From positions 32,001 through 96,000 of IMG/VR virus record IMGVR_UViG_3300048503_000032: a DNA stretch of 64,000 bases. The stretch is one strand, 5' to 3'. Positions within the stretch are counted from its first letter, which is position 1. Each line of letters opens with the position of its first letter. This document shows, piece by piece, positions 55,574 to 64,000 of the stretch. Position numbers and translations under genes: made by a program. The notes below the pieces were generated by a model that was not told the DNA's origin, did no database searches, and saw only the letters and a list, made by a program, of their open reading frames with translations. The DNA comes from a virus. Its lineage: Duplodnaviria > Caudoviricetes.

Positions 55574-57595
55574 ATGAAGCATCTTCCCATTTTCGTCGGA
55601 GCCCCAGAGCATTTGCGGCAGCGGCAGGATCTGCGGCTGCGGTTGTCGTTGTGCGCAAACGATCTCAGGCTGCGCTACGGCAGTCAGGTGTGGCTGACTG
55701 GCTCGGGGTTGAAGATGGAGGAGCCGCCGGACTGGGATGTAAGGGTAATTGTCGATAACGATGTTTTCGACGTACATGATCATCATTACTGGGGCATGGA
55801 GTCGGTGATGCGTTCGACGTCGTTTTCTCGGACGTTGAAGTTGACTTTCGATGTTCGGATATATCCGTCCCGCTTGTGGTACATCGGCGAGGCTTTGCGC
55901 TTGACGGCTTACGAGGGTGAGCTGCATGGAATAGTGCAGAATGTTTCCAAGTCCACGGAAGAGGAGCTGGAGGCTAATCGACAGCTCATTGCCAAGCACA
56001 AGGATAATCCGGAGTTTCATGTGTTGCTGGGCGCTCTGATATACATGCGCGGCGACAAGGTGACAGCGTTGCAGGCTTTTATGCGGGCTGTGCAGCTCGA
56101 TCCTAAATGCGCTCCGGCTTGGTTGAATCTGGGGAATGTGTTTTACGACGCAGGAGAGTATCGTAAGGCGGCGGTTTACTTCCAGCGTGCGATGGCATTG
56201 AAGCCCGACTATCCGCAGGCGTTTGTCAATCTGGCGAATACGCTAGTGCATCTGCGCGCGCATGCATCGGCGATTCCGTTCTATGACAGGGCCATTGAGT
56301 TGGAGCCCACGCTGGCAGCGGCGTACCACAATAAAGCCAATTGTCTGATTCATCTTAAGAAGTTCGAGCTGGCGGAGACGGCGATGGAGACGGCTCTAGG
56401 CCTGGAGCCGTGGGATGATAAAATTCTCAACACGCTTGGCAATCTGAGAACGTCTCAGGGTGATGATTATGCGGCCGGCGCAGCTTATAGTCTTGCTCTG
56501 GCTGTGGCTCCGCGGTACGCGATGCTCTATACCAATCTAGGGAACATCTTCTCGAATATGGGCCGGTCGAAGGAAGCCATCGTCAACTACGAGCGTGGCC
56601 TGGTGATCGAGCCCAAGAATCCAGGGGTCAGGTATAATCTGGCGCTGGCATATCTGCGCAGCGGAAATTACAGACTTGGATGGAAGGCTTATGAGGGGCG
56701 GTTTGGTTTTAAGGAGTTGGACGTCAAGCCACGCAAGTTTACGCAGCCGGAGTGGAAGGGGGAAGATATAACGGGCAAGCGAATTTTGATCTGTGCCGAA
56801 CAAGGCGTCGGGGATGGTTTCCAGTTCTGTCGTTATTTATCGCTCGTAGCTCGACTAGGTGGTATTGTTTATTTCGAGACTCAGCATCGGTCGCAGCGGG
56901 TTATGGCGACGGTGGACGGAGTCAGGTTGGTACTGACTCGCGGATTGGCACTGCCTGAGTTTGATCTGCATTGTGCTTTGATGAGCTTGCCTGCGATTTT
57001 CAAGACTGACATTCATACGGTGCCGATGAACATCCCCTATATTCGTGCCTGGGCATGGGAGGTCGAAGAGCAGCGTAAGCGGTTTCCGCAGCCAGGATTC
57101 AGAATAGGCGTTTTTTGGGCCGGTAATCCACGTTATAAAAAGGATGCAGATCGGTCGTTTTCACTGAGCGAGTTTGCGCCTCTAGCTTCTATCGATGGCG
57201 TCACATTATTCTCTCTTCAGTTCGGGCCAGCGGTTGCGCAGATCGAGAAGTATCAGGATGTAATTCATGTGATCGATGCTTCATCTAAGGCGCGGGATTT
57301 TGCGGAGACAGCGGCTCTTATTGAGACTCTCGATCTGGTAATTTGCAGTGATTCGTCGCCTGCTCATCTAGCGGCTGCGATGGGAAAACCTGTATGGTTA
57401 TTGTTATCATACTTACCTGACTGGCGGTGGATGGATGTAGGAACTACTACACCGTGGTATCCGAAGATGCGGCTATTTCGTCAGACGTCTCGCGGAGACT
57501 GGGCGGGCGTCTTTGTACGGGTTCGAGCGGCTTTGGCCGATAAACTCAGAGGAGCTACAAATGACTGTGTTGCGATTGAAGAACGGCAAACCTGA
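55574..57595 (+). CDS. TPR-repeat glycosyltransferase (GT9-like) with N-terminal nucleotidyltransferase-like region
   Basis: About 8 TPRs (AWLNLGNV, AFVNLAN, LYTNLGN); EQGVGDGFQF, IGVFWAGNP, LDLVICSDSSPAHLAAAMG, DWRW, PWYP; N-terminal LTGS...DWDVRV. Confidence 0.88.
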   Translation: MKHLPIFVGAPEHLRQRQDLRLRLSLCANDLRLRYGSQVWLTGSGLKMEEPPDWDVRVIVDNDVFDVHDHHYWGMESVMRSTSFSRTLKLTFDVRIYPSRLWYIGEALRLTAYEGELHGIVQNVSKSTEEELEANRQLIAKHKDNPEFHVLLGALIYMRGDKVTALQAFMRAVQLDPKCAPAWLNLGNVFYDAGEYRKAAVYFQRAMALKPDYPQAFVNLANTLVHLRAHASAIPFYDRAIELEPTLAAAYHNKANCLIHLKKFELAETAMETALGLEPWDDKILNTLGNLRTSQGDDYAAGAAYSLALAVAPRYAMLYTNLGNIFSNMGRSKEAIVNYERGLVIEPKNPGVRYNLALAYLRSGNYRLGWKAYEGRFGFKELDVKPRKFTQPEWKGEDITGKRILICAEQGVGDGFQFCRYLSLVARLGGIVYFETQHRSQRVMATVDGVRLVLTRGLALPEFDLHCALMSLPAIFKTDIHTVPMNIPYIRAWAWEVEEQRKRFPQPGFRIGVFWAGNPRYKKDADRSFSLSEFAPLASIDGVTLFSLQFGPAVAQIEKYQDVIHVIDASSKARDFAETAALIETLDLVICSDSSPAHLAAAMGKPVWLLLSYLPDWRWMDVGTTTPWYPKMRLFRQTSRGDWAGVFVRVRAALADKLRGATNDCVAIEERQT

Positions 57596-57709
57596 CGGCG
57601 TGATTTTGGATGGCGTTTCAGAACCTTTGGCTCGGGTGGTAGCCGACAATTTGAATCTTGAGGCCAGACAGAGTGGGTTTGTTTATAGAGTGGAGCAGGA
57701 GCCGAAGAA

Positions 57710-58690
57710 GTGATATTAGAGGACTTGTTGATTCAGTCCGGCGTTGACTACGAGCCTGTGCGCGGCAGCAAGGATGAGGTGTTGATCGCTTGTCCGTTCT
57801 GTACAGGCGCGTCGGACGTGGCTGGCGAGCGCAAGGTGTTTGGGCTGGATTTGGTCAACGGCAAGGCCCATTGCTTCCGCTGTGATTTTAAGTCTAACAG
57901 CGTGGTCTACACGGCGCGCCTGCTTTGCAGGGCGTGGGGGATCAGCTTTAATTGGCGGCTTCGCCTGAGTGCGGCTGAGGCTCAGGAAACGGTGTCTGAG
58001 CGCAAGCCTAAGCCCAAGTTGGCAGCGGAACCTGTTGGATTGCCTTCGGAGTATGAGCCATTCGGTGATCCGACGGATGAGATCGAGCAGTTGGCGACTG
58101 CATATCTACAGGGCCGCGGAATCACACGACGGGATATCAAGGACTACCAGATCGGGTTTGCTGGGGCCGGCGACTTCTCATGGCGCATAATGTTCCCGGT
58201 GATCGGCGAGGATGGTGTCGTTTATGGTTGTGTTGGCAGGGACTTCTCAGGCAAGAGCAAGATGCCATATCGCAACACTGAGGGTATCCGTCTGTTGTGG
58301 AACGGTCAGCATGAAGCGAAGACTGCGGTGGTGTGTGAAGGGGTCATGGATGCGATTCGCGTGAATAGGGTTCTGCGAGAAGAGTTTCCAGATCATGTAG
58401 CGATGGCGGCTCTGGGCGCAGGGCTGACTCCGGAGCAGCTGGCGCAGCTTGCCAAGTATGAGACGGTGGTTCTGTTTTCGGACTGGGATGTGGCTGGCAT
58501 TAAGGAGACGGCACAGCGCGCGGCTGTCTGCGAGGAGGCAGGGTTGACGACTCGGGTGGTCGAGCCCGATTCGATGACGGGAGATGATCCAGACAGTATG
58601 CCGCGTGAGCAGATCGTAGGTTGCATCGTGTCGGCTCGGCTTTGGACGAAGAGCGAACAGTATAGATTGCGGTTACGGGCGTTGAAGTAG
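57710..58690 (+). CDS. DNA primase (Zn finger + TOPRIM)
   Basis: CPFC...HCFRC; YLQGRGI; VCEGVMDA; DWDVAG. Confidence 0.9.
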   Translation: MILEDLLIQSGVDYEPVRGSKDEVLIACPFCTGASDVAGERKVFGLDLVNGKAHCFRCDFKSNSVVYTARLLCRAWGISFNWRLRLSAAEAQETVSERKPKPKLAAEPVGLPSEYEPFGDPTDEIEQLATAYLQGRGITRRDIKDYQIGFAGAGDFSWRIMFPVIGEDGVVYGCVGRDFSGKSKMPYRNTEGIRLLWNGQHEAKTAVVCEGVMDAIRVNRVLREEFPDHVAMAALGAGLTPEQLAQLAKYETVVLFSDWDVAGIKETAQRAAVCEEAGLTTRVVEPDSMTGDDPDSMPREQIVGCIVSARLWTKSEQYRLRLRALK

Positions 58691-58701
58691 AGGAGACTCA
58701 T

Positions 58702-59658
58702 ATGCACGTTCTGATTATCGATGGGCGCAACGCGCTCTACAGGTTCGCCTATGTAGGTAAGAATCTGAAGGCAGCGGATGGCAGAGACACAGGCGGCATC
58801 CACGGACTACTCTCAGGGATGCTGGCGATGAAGCGACGATTTCCCGATGCGAAGTTTGTAGTCGTGTGGGATGGCGGCGACACAAACAATTCATGGCGCA
58901 ACAAGTTATTCCCGGACTACAAATCCAATCGGCGGGTAGGGGTCACGGCGGAGTTGATGGCGCTGCGATCATCGGTGAATATCCAGATCGATGTGGTCAG
59001 GAAGATTCTTGACGGCGTCGGTGTCTCGCAGTTGGAGGTTGCACAGCTTGAGGCCGACGATATGGTGGGCATTCTGTCGGCGAAGTGTATGTCGCATCGC
59101 TGGCAGACTACGGTCTACAGTTCGGATCAGGATTATCTTCAGTTGATGCAGTATGGTGTGGGTATCTTGCCGTTGGCAACAGGGCCGCTGGCGAAGGAGT
59201 TAGATATCCGTAGCAAGTGGCGGTGTTCGAGCGACAATTTATTGAAGCTGCGCGCGATCCTGGGCGACCATTCGGATGGGATACCACGCGCTGTCTCAGG
59301 GGTTGGGCCGGTGGCGGCGGCTCGGTACATCGACGCTGGCATCGATTCATCGCTGCCCAGGTTCGCGGATCTACCACAGAGCGCACGTCTCGATAGTGAG
59401 CGGCTGAAGTCGTACTGGCCGGTGATTCATATGAACTGGCGGCTCATGCGGATTCTGCGCAGTTGCAACGACCACGAGCTGGAGCGGGATGTCGCTCTGG
59501 CAGCGGTGGCGGAGGTGCGGCGGGTGGTCGCGGAGCTGGATAATCCGGTGCAGCGGGTTCGGGCGGCTTACGATGAAATGCTGGCAATCTTCGCGGATCT
59601 CGACTTATCGGTCGCAATCGAGAATCGTCAGGCCATCTGGCGACTTCAGGTTGTTTAG
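58702..59658 (+). CDS. 5'-3' exonuclease (PolI N-terminal / RNase H / FEN-like)
   Basis: LIIDGRN, VVWDG, DYKSNR, EADD, SSDQDYLQL, GDHSDGIP..GVGP. Confidence 0.92.
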   Translation: MHVLIIDGRNALYRFAYVGKNLKAADGRDTGGIHGLLSGMLAMKRRFPDAKFVVVWDGGDTNNSWRNKLFPDYKSNRRVGVTAELMALRSSVNIQIDVVRKILDGVGVSQLEVAQLEADDMVGILSAKCMSHRWQTTVYSSDQDYLQLMQYGVGILPLATGPLAKELDIRSKWRCSSDNLLKLRAILGDHSDGIPRAVSGVGPVAAARYIDAGIDSSLPRFADLPQSARLDSERLKSYWPVIHMNWRLMRILRSCNDHELERDVALAAVAEVRRVVAELDNPVQRVRAAYDEMLAIFADLDLSVAIENRQAIWRLQVV

Positions 59659-59689
59659 CCTATTGGACTTAGACGCCGAAAATAAATCG

Positions 59690-59746
59690 AAATAAAGACT
59701 TGACACGTTCTGGATATGGTGTAATCTATATCTGTGGTCAAGGAGA
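59690..59746 (+). promoter_or_regulatory. sigma70-like (early) promoter, copy 3
   Basis: AAATAAAGAC-TTGACA-N16-TAATCT...GTGGTCAAGGAGA. Confidence 0.7.
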
Positions 59747-59753
59747 TCAAGAC

Positions 59754-60083
59754 ATGCGACGATTCGCTACTGAGCAGCTCATCAAGAACCTCAAGGTCGA
59801 GGACGTGGTTGACGTTTACTCTGGTAAGGATAACAAGTGCTGCTGCGGTTGCTCGGGCAAGTACTCGTATGCGTCGGCTCATCGTGCATTGGCTGCTGTG
59901 ATGGCGGCGCACAGTTTAGTCCATGAATGTCGCCAGTATCGGCGCGTCTTCAAAAATGGCATGTGGCGTTCAGAACTGCGCCAGAATAAGCCTTTAGAGC
60001 ATGTTCTGGCCTATCTTGACGCGCGGGCAAACGTACTGCGCGGTGGATTTTACACGAAGTATCGGGGCACAATCGCAGCCTAA
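59754..60083 (+). CDS. hypothetical protein (YSG..CCCGCSGKY motif)
   Basis: AAGGAG RBS before ATG. Confidence 0.6.
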   Translation: MRRFATEQLIKNLKVEDVVDVYSGKDNKCCCGCSGKYSYASAHRALAAVMAAHSLVHECRQYRRVFKNGMWRSELRQNKPLEHVLAYLDARANVLRGGFYTKYRGTIAA

Positions 60084-60108
60084 CGGTTTTGTTGCATGAG
60101 GTGAAGAG

Positions 60109-60339
60109 ATGACAACCGCAGATGTGCAAGAGTTGATTTCGAGGGGAGATTTTCACCACGCTACGCACCGGCCACAGCAGTTTGACAGCTTGTTCATCTA
60201 CCGGAGAGACGATGACGGATTCCGTGGATACACCCTATTTGGCGGAGTTTCCAATCGCACAGACCCTACGACGTTCGCTCAAGTATCAGAGATTGTGCGC
60301 CACACTGGGATTAGCGTGGGCGCATTCGGCAACGGGTAG
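60109..60339 (+). CDS. hypothetical protein
   Basis: GAGGTG RBS. Confidence 0.6.
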   Translation: MTTADVQELISRGDFHHATHRPQQFDSLFIYRRDDDGFRGYTLFGGVSNRTDPTTFAQVSEIVRHTGISVGAFGNG

Positions 60340-60409
60340 CAGCCTAACAGAGTAGCACAGGAGGCAAATAAATGACCGACATAGCAGCGATCAGGATGGG
60401 GAGGAAGTA

Positions 60410-61180
60410 ATGGAAATCAAGAATATCTACGGCGCGGTAATTTATACGTCGCAAGCGGCAACAGTGAAGGATGCGGTTGTCGAGGCGGTAGCGAAGAAGT
60501 CCAACCTCTGGGGTGCCAACCTCAGGGGTGCCAACCTCTGGGATGCCGACCTCAGGGGTGCCAACCTCAGGGGTGCCAACCTCAGGGATGCCGACCTCAG
60601 GGGTGCCAACCTCAGGGATGCCGACCTCAGGGATGCCAACCTCTGGGGTGCCAACCTCAGGGGTGCCAACCTCAGGGATGCCGACCTCAGGGGTGCCAAC
60701 CTCAGGGATGCCAACCTCTGGGATGCCAACCTCTGGGGTGCCAACCTCAGGGGTGCCGACCTCAGGGATGCCAACCTCTGGGGTGCCAACCTCAGGGATG
60801 CCGACCTCAGGGGTGCCAACCTCAGGGATGCCGACCTCAGGGGTGCCAACCTCTGGGATGCCGACCTCAGGGATGCCAACCTCTGGGGTGCCAACCTCAG
60901 GGATGCCAACCTCAGGGATGCCAACGGTGAGAAGAAAAAGATCGTCACAATGCGCGCCTTTACCGGCCTCTACGAATATCAGGTGTGGGCCGTGCTGTTT
61001 GAGGACGGTTCGCGTTGGGTGCGAATGGGGTGCCTCTGGAAATCGCTGGACGAGTGGAAGAAGGTTGGCATTCGCAAGAGCAACCTGTCGCAATATCCAG
61101 ACGACGGCTCGTACAAGAGCGAGGAACGCGTGGCGGCGTTCGAGTTCGCAAAGGCTGCGGCACTAAGGATGAAGCCATGA
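60410..61180 (+). CDS. pentapeptide-repeat protein
   Basis: About 28 A[ND]L[RW][GD] repeats, then a C-terminal VRMGC-containing domain; GGAGG RBS. Confidence 0.92.
   Translation: MEIKNIYGAVIYTSQAATVKDAVVEAVAKKSNLWGANLRGANLWDADLRGANLRGANLRDADLRGANLRDADLRDANLWGANLRGANLRDADLRGANLRDANLWDANLWGANLRGADLRDANLWGANLRDADLRGANLRDADLRGANLWDADLRDANLWGANLRDANLRDANGEKKKIVTMRAFTGLYEYQVWAVLFEDGSRWVRMGCLWKSLDEWKKVGIRKSNLSQYPDDGSYKSEERVAAFEFAKAAALRMKP
60500..60925 (+). repeat. 15-nt tandem repeat array
   Basis: GCC(A/G)ACCTC(A/T)GGG(G/A)T units. Confidence 0.97.
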
Positions 61181-61767
61181 CTGACATATCCACGCAGGAG
61201 CGGGAAGCGCAGTTGAGGAAGATGGAGCGCACGGTGATGGAGAAGACATTCACGGTCAGGAATGTAGTGCAGAAGGCTCTGTTCGAGAAGGAGATTCTCG
61301 GACAGCTCTCTGACGGCATGTGGGAGACTTCACGGCCGTTGTATCATTGGAAGGTATGGAGCGGTTATCCGGTGGTTGTCGCAGCTGGGGGTGGTGTTGT
61401 CGGTCGCACCTTTGGTGCCTGCAAGGACAATTACAATTTACTCAGGTTGGCGGAGAACAACATCGTGCGGGATCGCATGATCTTGATTGCCAAGCTGACG
61501 CTGACGTTCGGCGAGGTCATGTATCCTCTGGTGTCCAAGCTGTTCGACTGGCAGGGGAACTGGCGCGGCATGCCCAAGTGCAGCGGCAGGAGTGGATCGA
61601 CGGATGCTGAGGACAAGTTGAATCTGCGGTTGCTCGAGTTGTTCCCCACGCCTGAGCGTTTGGAGACGGTCAGGACTCTGACGGAGATGCAGCGGTACAC
61701 CAAGAACGATCTGCTGGCGGATCTCAGGGATCTCAAGGCGGAGATGAAGACGTATCTGAAGGCGTAG
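61177..61767 (+). CDS. conserved phage hypothetical protein
   Basis: ATGA overlap; QKALFEKEILGQLSDGMWE motif. Confidence 0.65.
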   Translation: MTDISTQEREAQLRKMERTVMEKTFTVRNVVQKALFEKEILGQLSDGMWETSRPLYHWKVWSGYPVVVAAGGGVVGRTFGACKDNYNLLRLAENNIVRDRMILIAKLTLTFGEVMYPLVSKLFDWQGNWRGMPKCSGRSGSTDAEDKLNLRLLELFPTPERLETVRTLTEMQRYTKNDLLADLRDLKAEMKTYLKA

Positions 61768-61989
61768 TACAAATCTGAAGTGAAGGGGTAATTCACATGC
61801 GTTATGTAAAGGTGCTGGTGCATCTATCTGCTTTAGAGATGGAACTTTGCGACGGGGATTGTGTGGTAGCGCGCGCCATGTTGTCTGGGCGGTATACTAA
61901 CTCTGACGATGCGTTCGCGGAGATGCTTGCTTGGATTGAGCGCGGTGTTTTGCTATCGGATACTGCTTTGCAGTTGACACTGTAGTCGA

Positions 61990-63612
61990 GTGGTGTTCTA
62001 CTTCGTCGGTATCCTATTTCGATTTCGAGGTTCGTCAATGAGCGTGACTGGCATCTCCCGTATGGTGGATTCGTGCAGCGACATGGTTCACAAGAAGGCA
62101 ATCAAAACTTACCAGCATATTGCTCCGGAGAATAAGCGTTGGATCGACCTCGAAGACGTGATCCAAGAGGGTTTGATTAAGGCGTGGGAAACCGAGCAGT
62201 CTTACACGCAGCACTGGGCAGAGTCTGACGCACCGACTCATTTCAAGAGCAAGTTTTCGACCTACCTATTCCGTGGACTCGACATGCTGTTCTCTGGCCG
62301 GTACTCGATTCCGTTGAGCGCGCGTAAGCGGGTTACCAAGTTGGTCGAGTTGGATGCGCCGATCGGTGGCGAGGACGGCGCTTCCCACATCGATATCCCA
62401 TCGCATAATGTATCGCCAGAGAGAATGTTTCAGGCTATCTCGGGTGTGGTGCAGGTCTGCTACGCTATTCCGCCGGCGGCGCTGTCGTTTCTGCTGGGCG
62501 TGATTGTCTCGGATGCGGGCAGGATTAGACGACGGACAGCGAATGACATAGCATGTATTCCAGATGCATGTTCCAGGTTTGGGGTCACTCGGTACGACTT
62601 AGAGTTGATCATGGGCGATCTGGAGTCGAAGAGCAGAGTGCTGGAGAGCGTGATGGCGGCAGATGCGAAGTTGGGCGAGGACGATGTCAAGGTGCTGGAG
62701 TGTGTGACGTGCCGGGGGATGTTCTCTCTGGGCGATGTCAGGACGGGCAATTACTCGGTGACCAGTCTTACCTGCCATGCATGTTTGAAGAAATTGTACG
62801 AAGAATCGGACAGCAGCTCTTGCTTTGGACGCATGAAAGTGGTATACAATAACAAGACGGCGACAGAGGGTTACTCTGAAGCCGATACAGAATGCAGACT
62901 TCATTGTAGGGATCGTGCAGCATGTAGGAAATTCATCAAGGAAGGTAGGACGAATATGACACCTGAGAAAGTTGCCAATATGGAATTCGATCTGGAAGAT
63001 GTAGACCTGAGCAACATCGAGGCTGCGGAACCCGTGGCCACCACAACCAAACCTGCGAAGAGCAGCAGCAAGAAGGCCGCAGCCAAGGCACCGGCGAAGA
63101 CCGTAACCAAGGCAGTGAAGAAGGCGGAGCCGGTCAAGGCAGCGAAGAAAGCGGAAGCTCCCAAGGCCGATAAGACAGCAGTCAAGGCACCGGCGAAGGT
63201 GGCGACGAAGAAAGCGGCCAAGCCCGAGGGCGAGAAGCATGTGCGGACTGCCAAGTCCACGGCCAAGATCGATCCGAAGGTGGCCAAGGCGCAGGGACTC
63301 ATCAAGCTCGACGACCAGGGCCGCGACCTGCCGTTCAAGCAGGGATCAACGATGCGGTATTGTCTGGAGCAGGCGCTGGCTCCGGGCGGCGTGAAGGAGA
63401 AGGATCTGGAGAGGGAGCTGACCAAGCTCGGGTATTCGTATCCGTTGCAGCGGTCTGTCCTGATGTCCGGCAAGAGCGGCGACAGTTCGTTCAGACCCTA
63501 CCCCAGCACGCATGTGTGGAAGGCTGAAGTGAAGGGCGACCGAATCATCGTGTCGGACGTTAAACGGATCGCTTTTTATCACAAGATGGCGCGCATTCAG
63601 TCTGCGAAGTAA
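61990..63612 (+). CDS. sigma-factor-like protein fused to Cys clusters and a Lys/Ala-rich histone-H1-like region
   Basis: DLEDVIQEGLIKAW...KSKFSTYLF matches sigma70 region 2; CVTC, CHAC, CFG...CRLHC..R..C; KKAAAKAPAK repeats; true start probably 62038 or later. Confidence 0.65.
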   Translation: MVFYFVGILFRFRGSSMSVTGISRMVDSCSDMVHKKAIKTYQHIAPENKRWIDLEDVIQEGLIKAWETEQSYTQHWAESDAPTHFKSKFSTYLFRGLDMLFSGRYSIPLSARKRVTKLVELDAPIGGEDGASHIDIPSHNVSPERMFQAISGVVQVCYAIPPAALSFLLGVIVSDAGRIRRRTANDIACIPDACSRFGVTRYDLELIMGDLESKSRVLESVMAADAKLGEDDVKVLECVTCRGMFSLGDVRTGNYSVTSLTCHACLKKLYEESDSSSCFGRMKVVYNNKTATEGYSEADTECRLHCRDRAACRKFIKEGRTNMTPEKVANMEFDLEDVDLSNIEAAEPVATTTKPAKSSSKKAAAKAPAKTVTKAVKKAEPVKAAKKAEAPKADKTAVKAPAKVATKKAAKPEGEKHVRTAKSTAKIDPKVAKAQGLIKLDDQGRDLPFKQGSTMRYCLEQALAPGGVKEKDLERELTKLGYSYPLQRSVLMSGKSGDSSFRPYPSTHVWKAEVKGDRIIVSDVKRIAFYHKMARIQSAK

Positions 63613-63638
63613 TCGGCCGGCAAGCTGGTTAGGTTGGC

Positions 63639-63673
63639 GAGGTCATCCTAGAGATGGGATGGCCTCACTTTTT
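63639..63673 (+). terminator. intrinsic terminator
   Basis: GAGGTCATCC/GGATGGCCTC stem plus TTTTT. Confidence 0.75.
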
Positions 63674-63710
63674 ACTTGCAGGAATATCGAGTCTGTGGTG
63701 TACTCAATAA

Positions 63711-63786
63711 AGCGGCCGAGTGATGATGGCTTCACGCCAGTCTCATAAGCTGGAAATCGGCAGTTCGACTCTGCTGGCCGCTACCA
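63711..63786 (+). tRNA. tRNA with CAT anticodon (elongator Met or Ile2)
   Basis: Acceptor AGCGGCC/GGCCGCT, D-stem GTGA/TCAC, anticodon arm CCAGT-CTCATAA-GCTGG, TTCGA loop, encoded CCA. Confidence 0.92.
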
Positions 63787-63908
63787 TTAGGAGTACGGAA
63801 ATGAAGATGCAGTTATCCAGTTCGCGCTATCTCTCGTCACTCGATTGCCTGAGTGCGAGTCGGCGTGTTCTGGATCAGACTTAGCAAGAGATGATCTGAA
63901 GCACACCG

Positions 63909-63936
63909 ACCCGCCAGATGGCGGGTTTTGTTGTTT
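63909..63936 (+). terminator. intrinsic terminator-like hairpin between the tRNAs
   Basis: ACCCGCC-agat-GGCGGGT plus TTTGTTGTTT. Confidence 0.7.
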
Positions 63937-64000
63937 GCGGGGATACGCAAATCGGCAAAGCGGGGATTCCTAAAAAGTCCTGTCTGCGGGTTCGAGGCCC
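63937..64000 (+). tRNA. second tRNA, 3'-truncated by the window; best-pairing anticodon TAA (Leu), atypical
   Basis: D-stem CGC/GCG, anticodon arm GGATT-CCTAAAA-AGTCC, GCGGG-TTCGAGG-CCC. Confidence 0.75.

Noticed and set aside
60500-60925. CRISPR array or DGR template
   Set aside because: Contiguous 15-nt coding repeats without spacers; no reverse transcriptase or cas gene in the window
1-64000. Long minus-strand ORFs (e.g. 4763-5620, 54439-55590, 60344-61093)
   Set aside because: They are antisense shadows of well-supported + strand genes and carry no recognisable motifs
1-64000. Amber (TAG) stop-codon recoding
   Set aside because: Conserved genes are intact under code 11 and many end at TAG right before the next RBS
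1-64000. Host assignment and lifestyle
   Set aside because: No integrase, repressor or host-diagnostic sequence is recognisable in this window

Overview
A 64-kb segment of a large tailed (siphovirus-like) bacteriophage genome, with essentially all genes on the + strand. Order: accessory region (glycosyltransferases, HNH nucleases, GroES), terminase large subunit, island of small genes, intein-containing portal, prohead protease/scaffold, major capsid, two very large multi-domain 'polyvalent' proteins, head-tail and tail genes (chaperone with a likely -1 frameshift, tape measure, a 1437-aa tail-tip protein ending in a Hint domain), replication genes (SF2 helicase, DnaB-like helicase, primase, 5'-3' exonuclease), a sigma-like gene and the start of a tRNA cluster. 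The most interesting inferred system is a set of probably head-packaged effector polyproteins (topoisomerase IB, Nudix, kinase-like, ADP-ribosyltransferase-like, pyrophosphatase-like, HicA-like modules). Their modules begin with short repeated tags (GGPGSG, or D-x-x-G-K-[WF]) right after a hydrophobic-x-Ala motif that also recurs in the scaffold, portal and capsid N-termini, which suggests processing by the prohead protease. Other highlights: three distinct repeated promoter classes, one giving leaderless mRNAs; a structured ncRNA candidate upstream of terminase; five glycosyltransferase-like genes; and a gene broken by three +1 insertions. All calls come from motif recognition by eye; no database searches were run.
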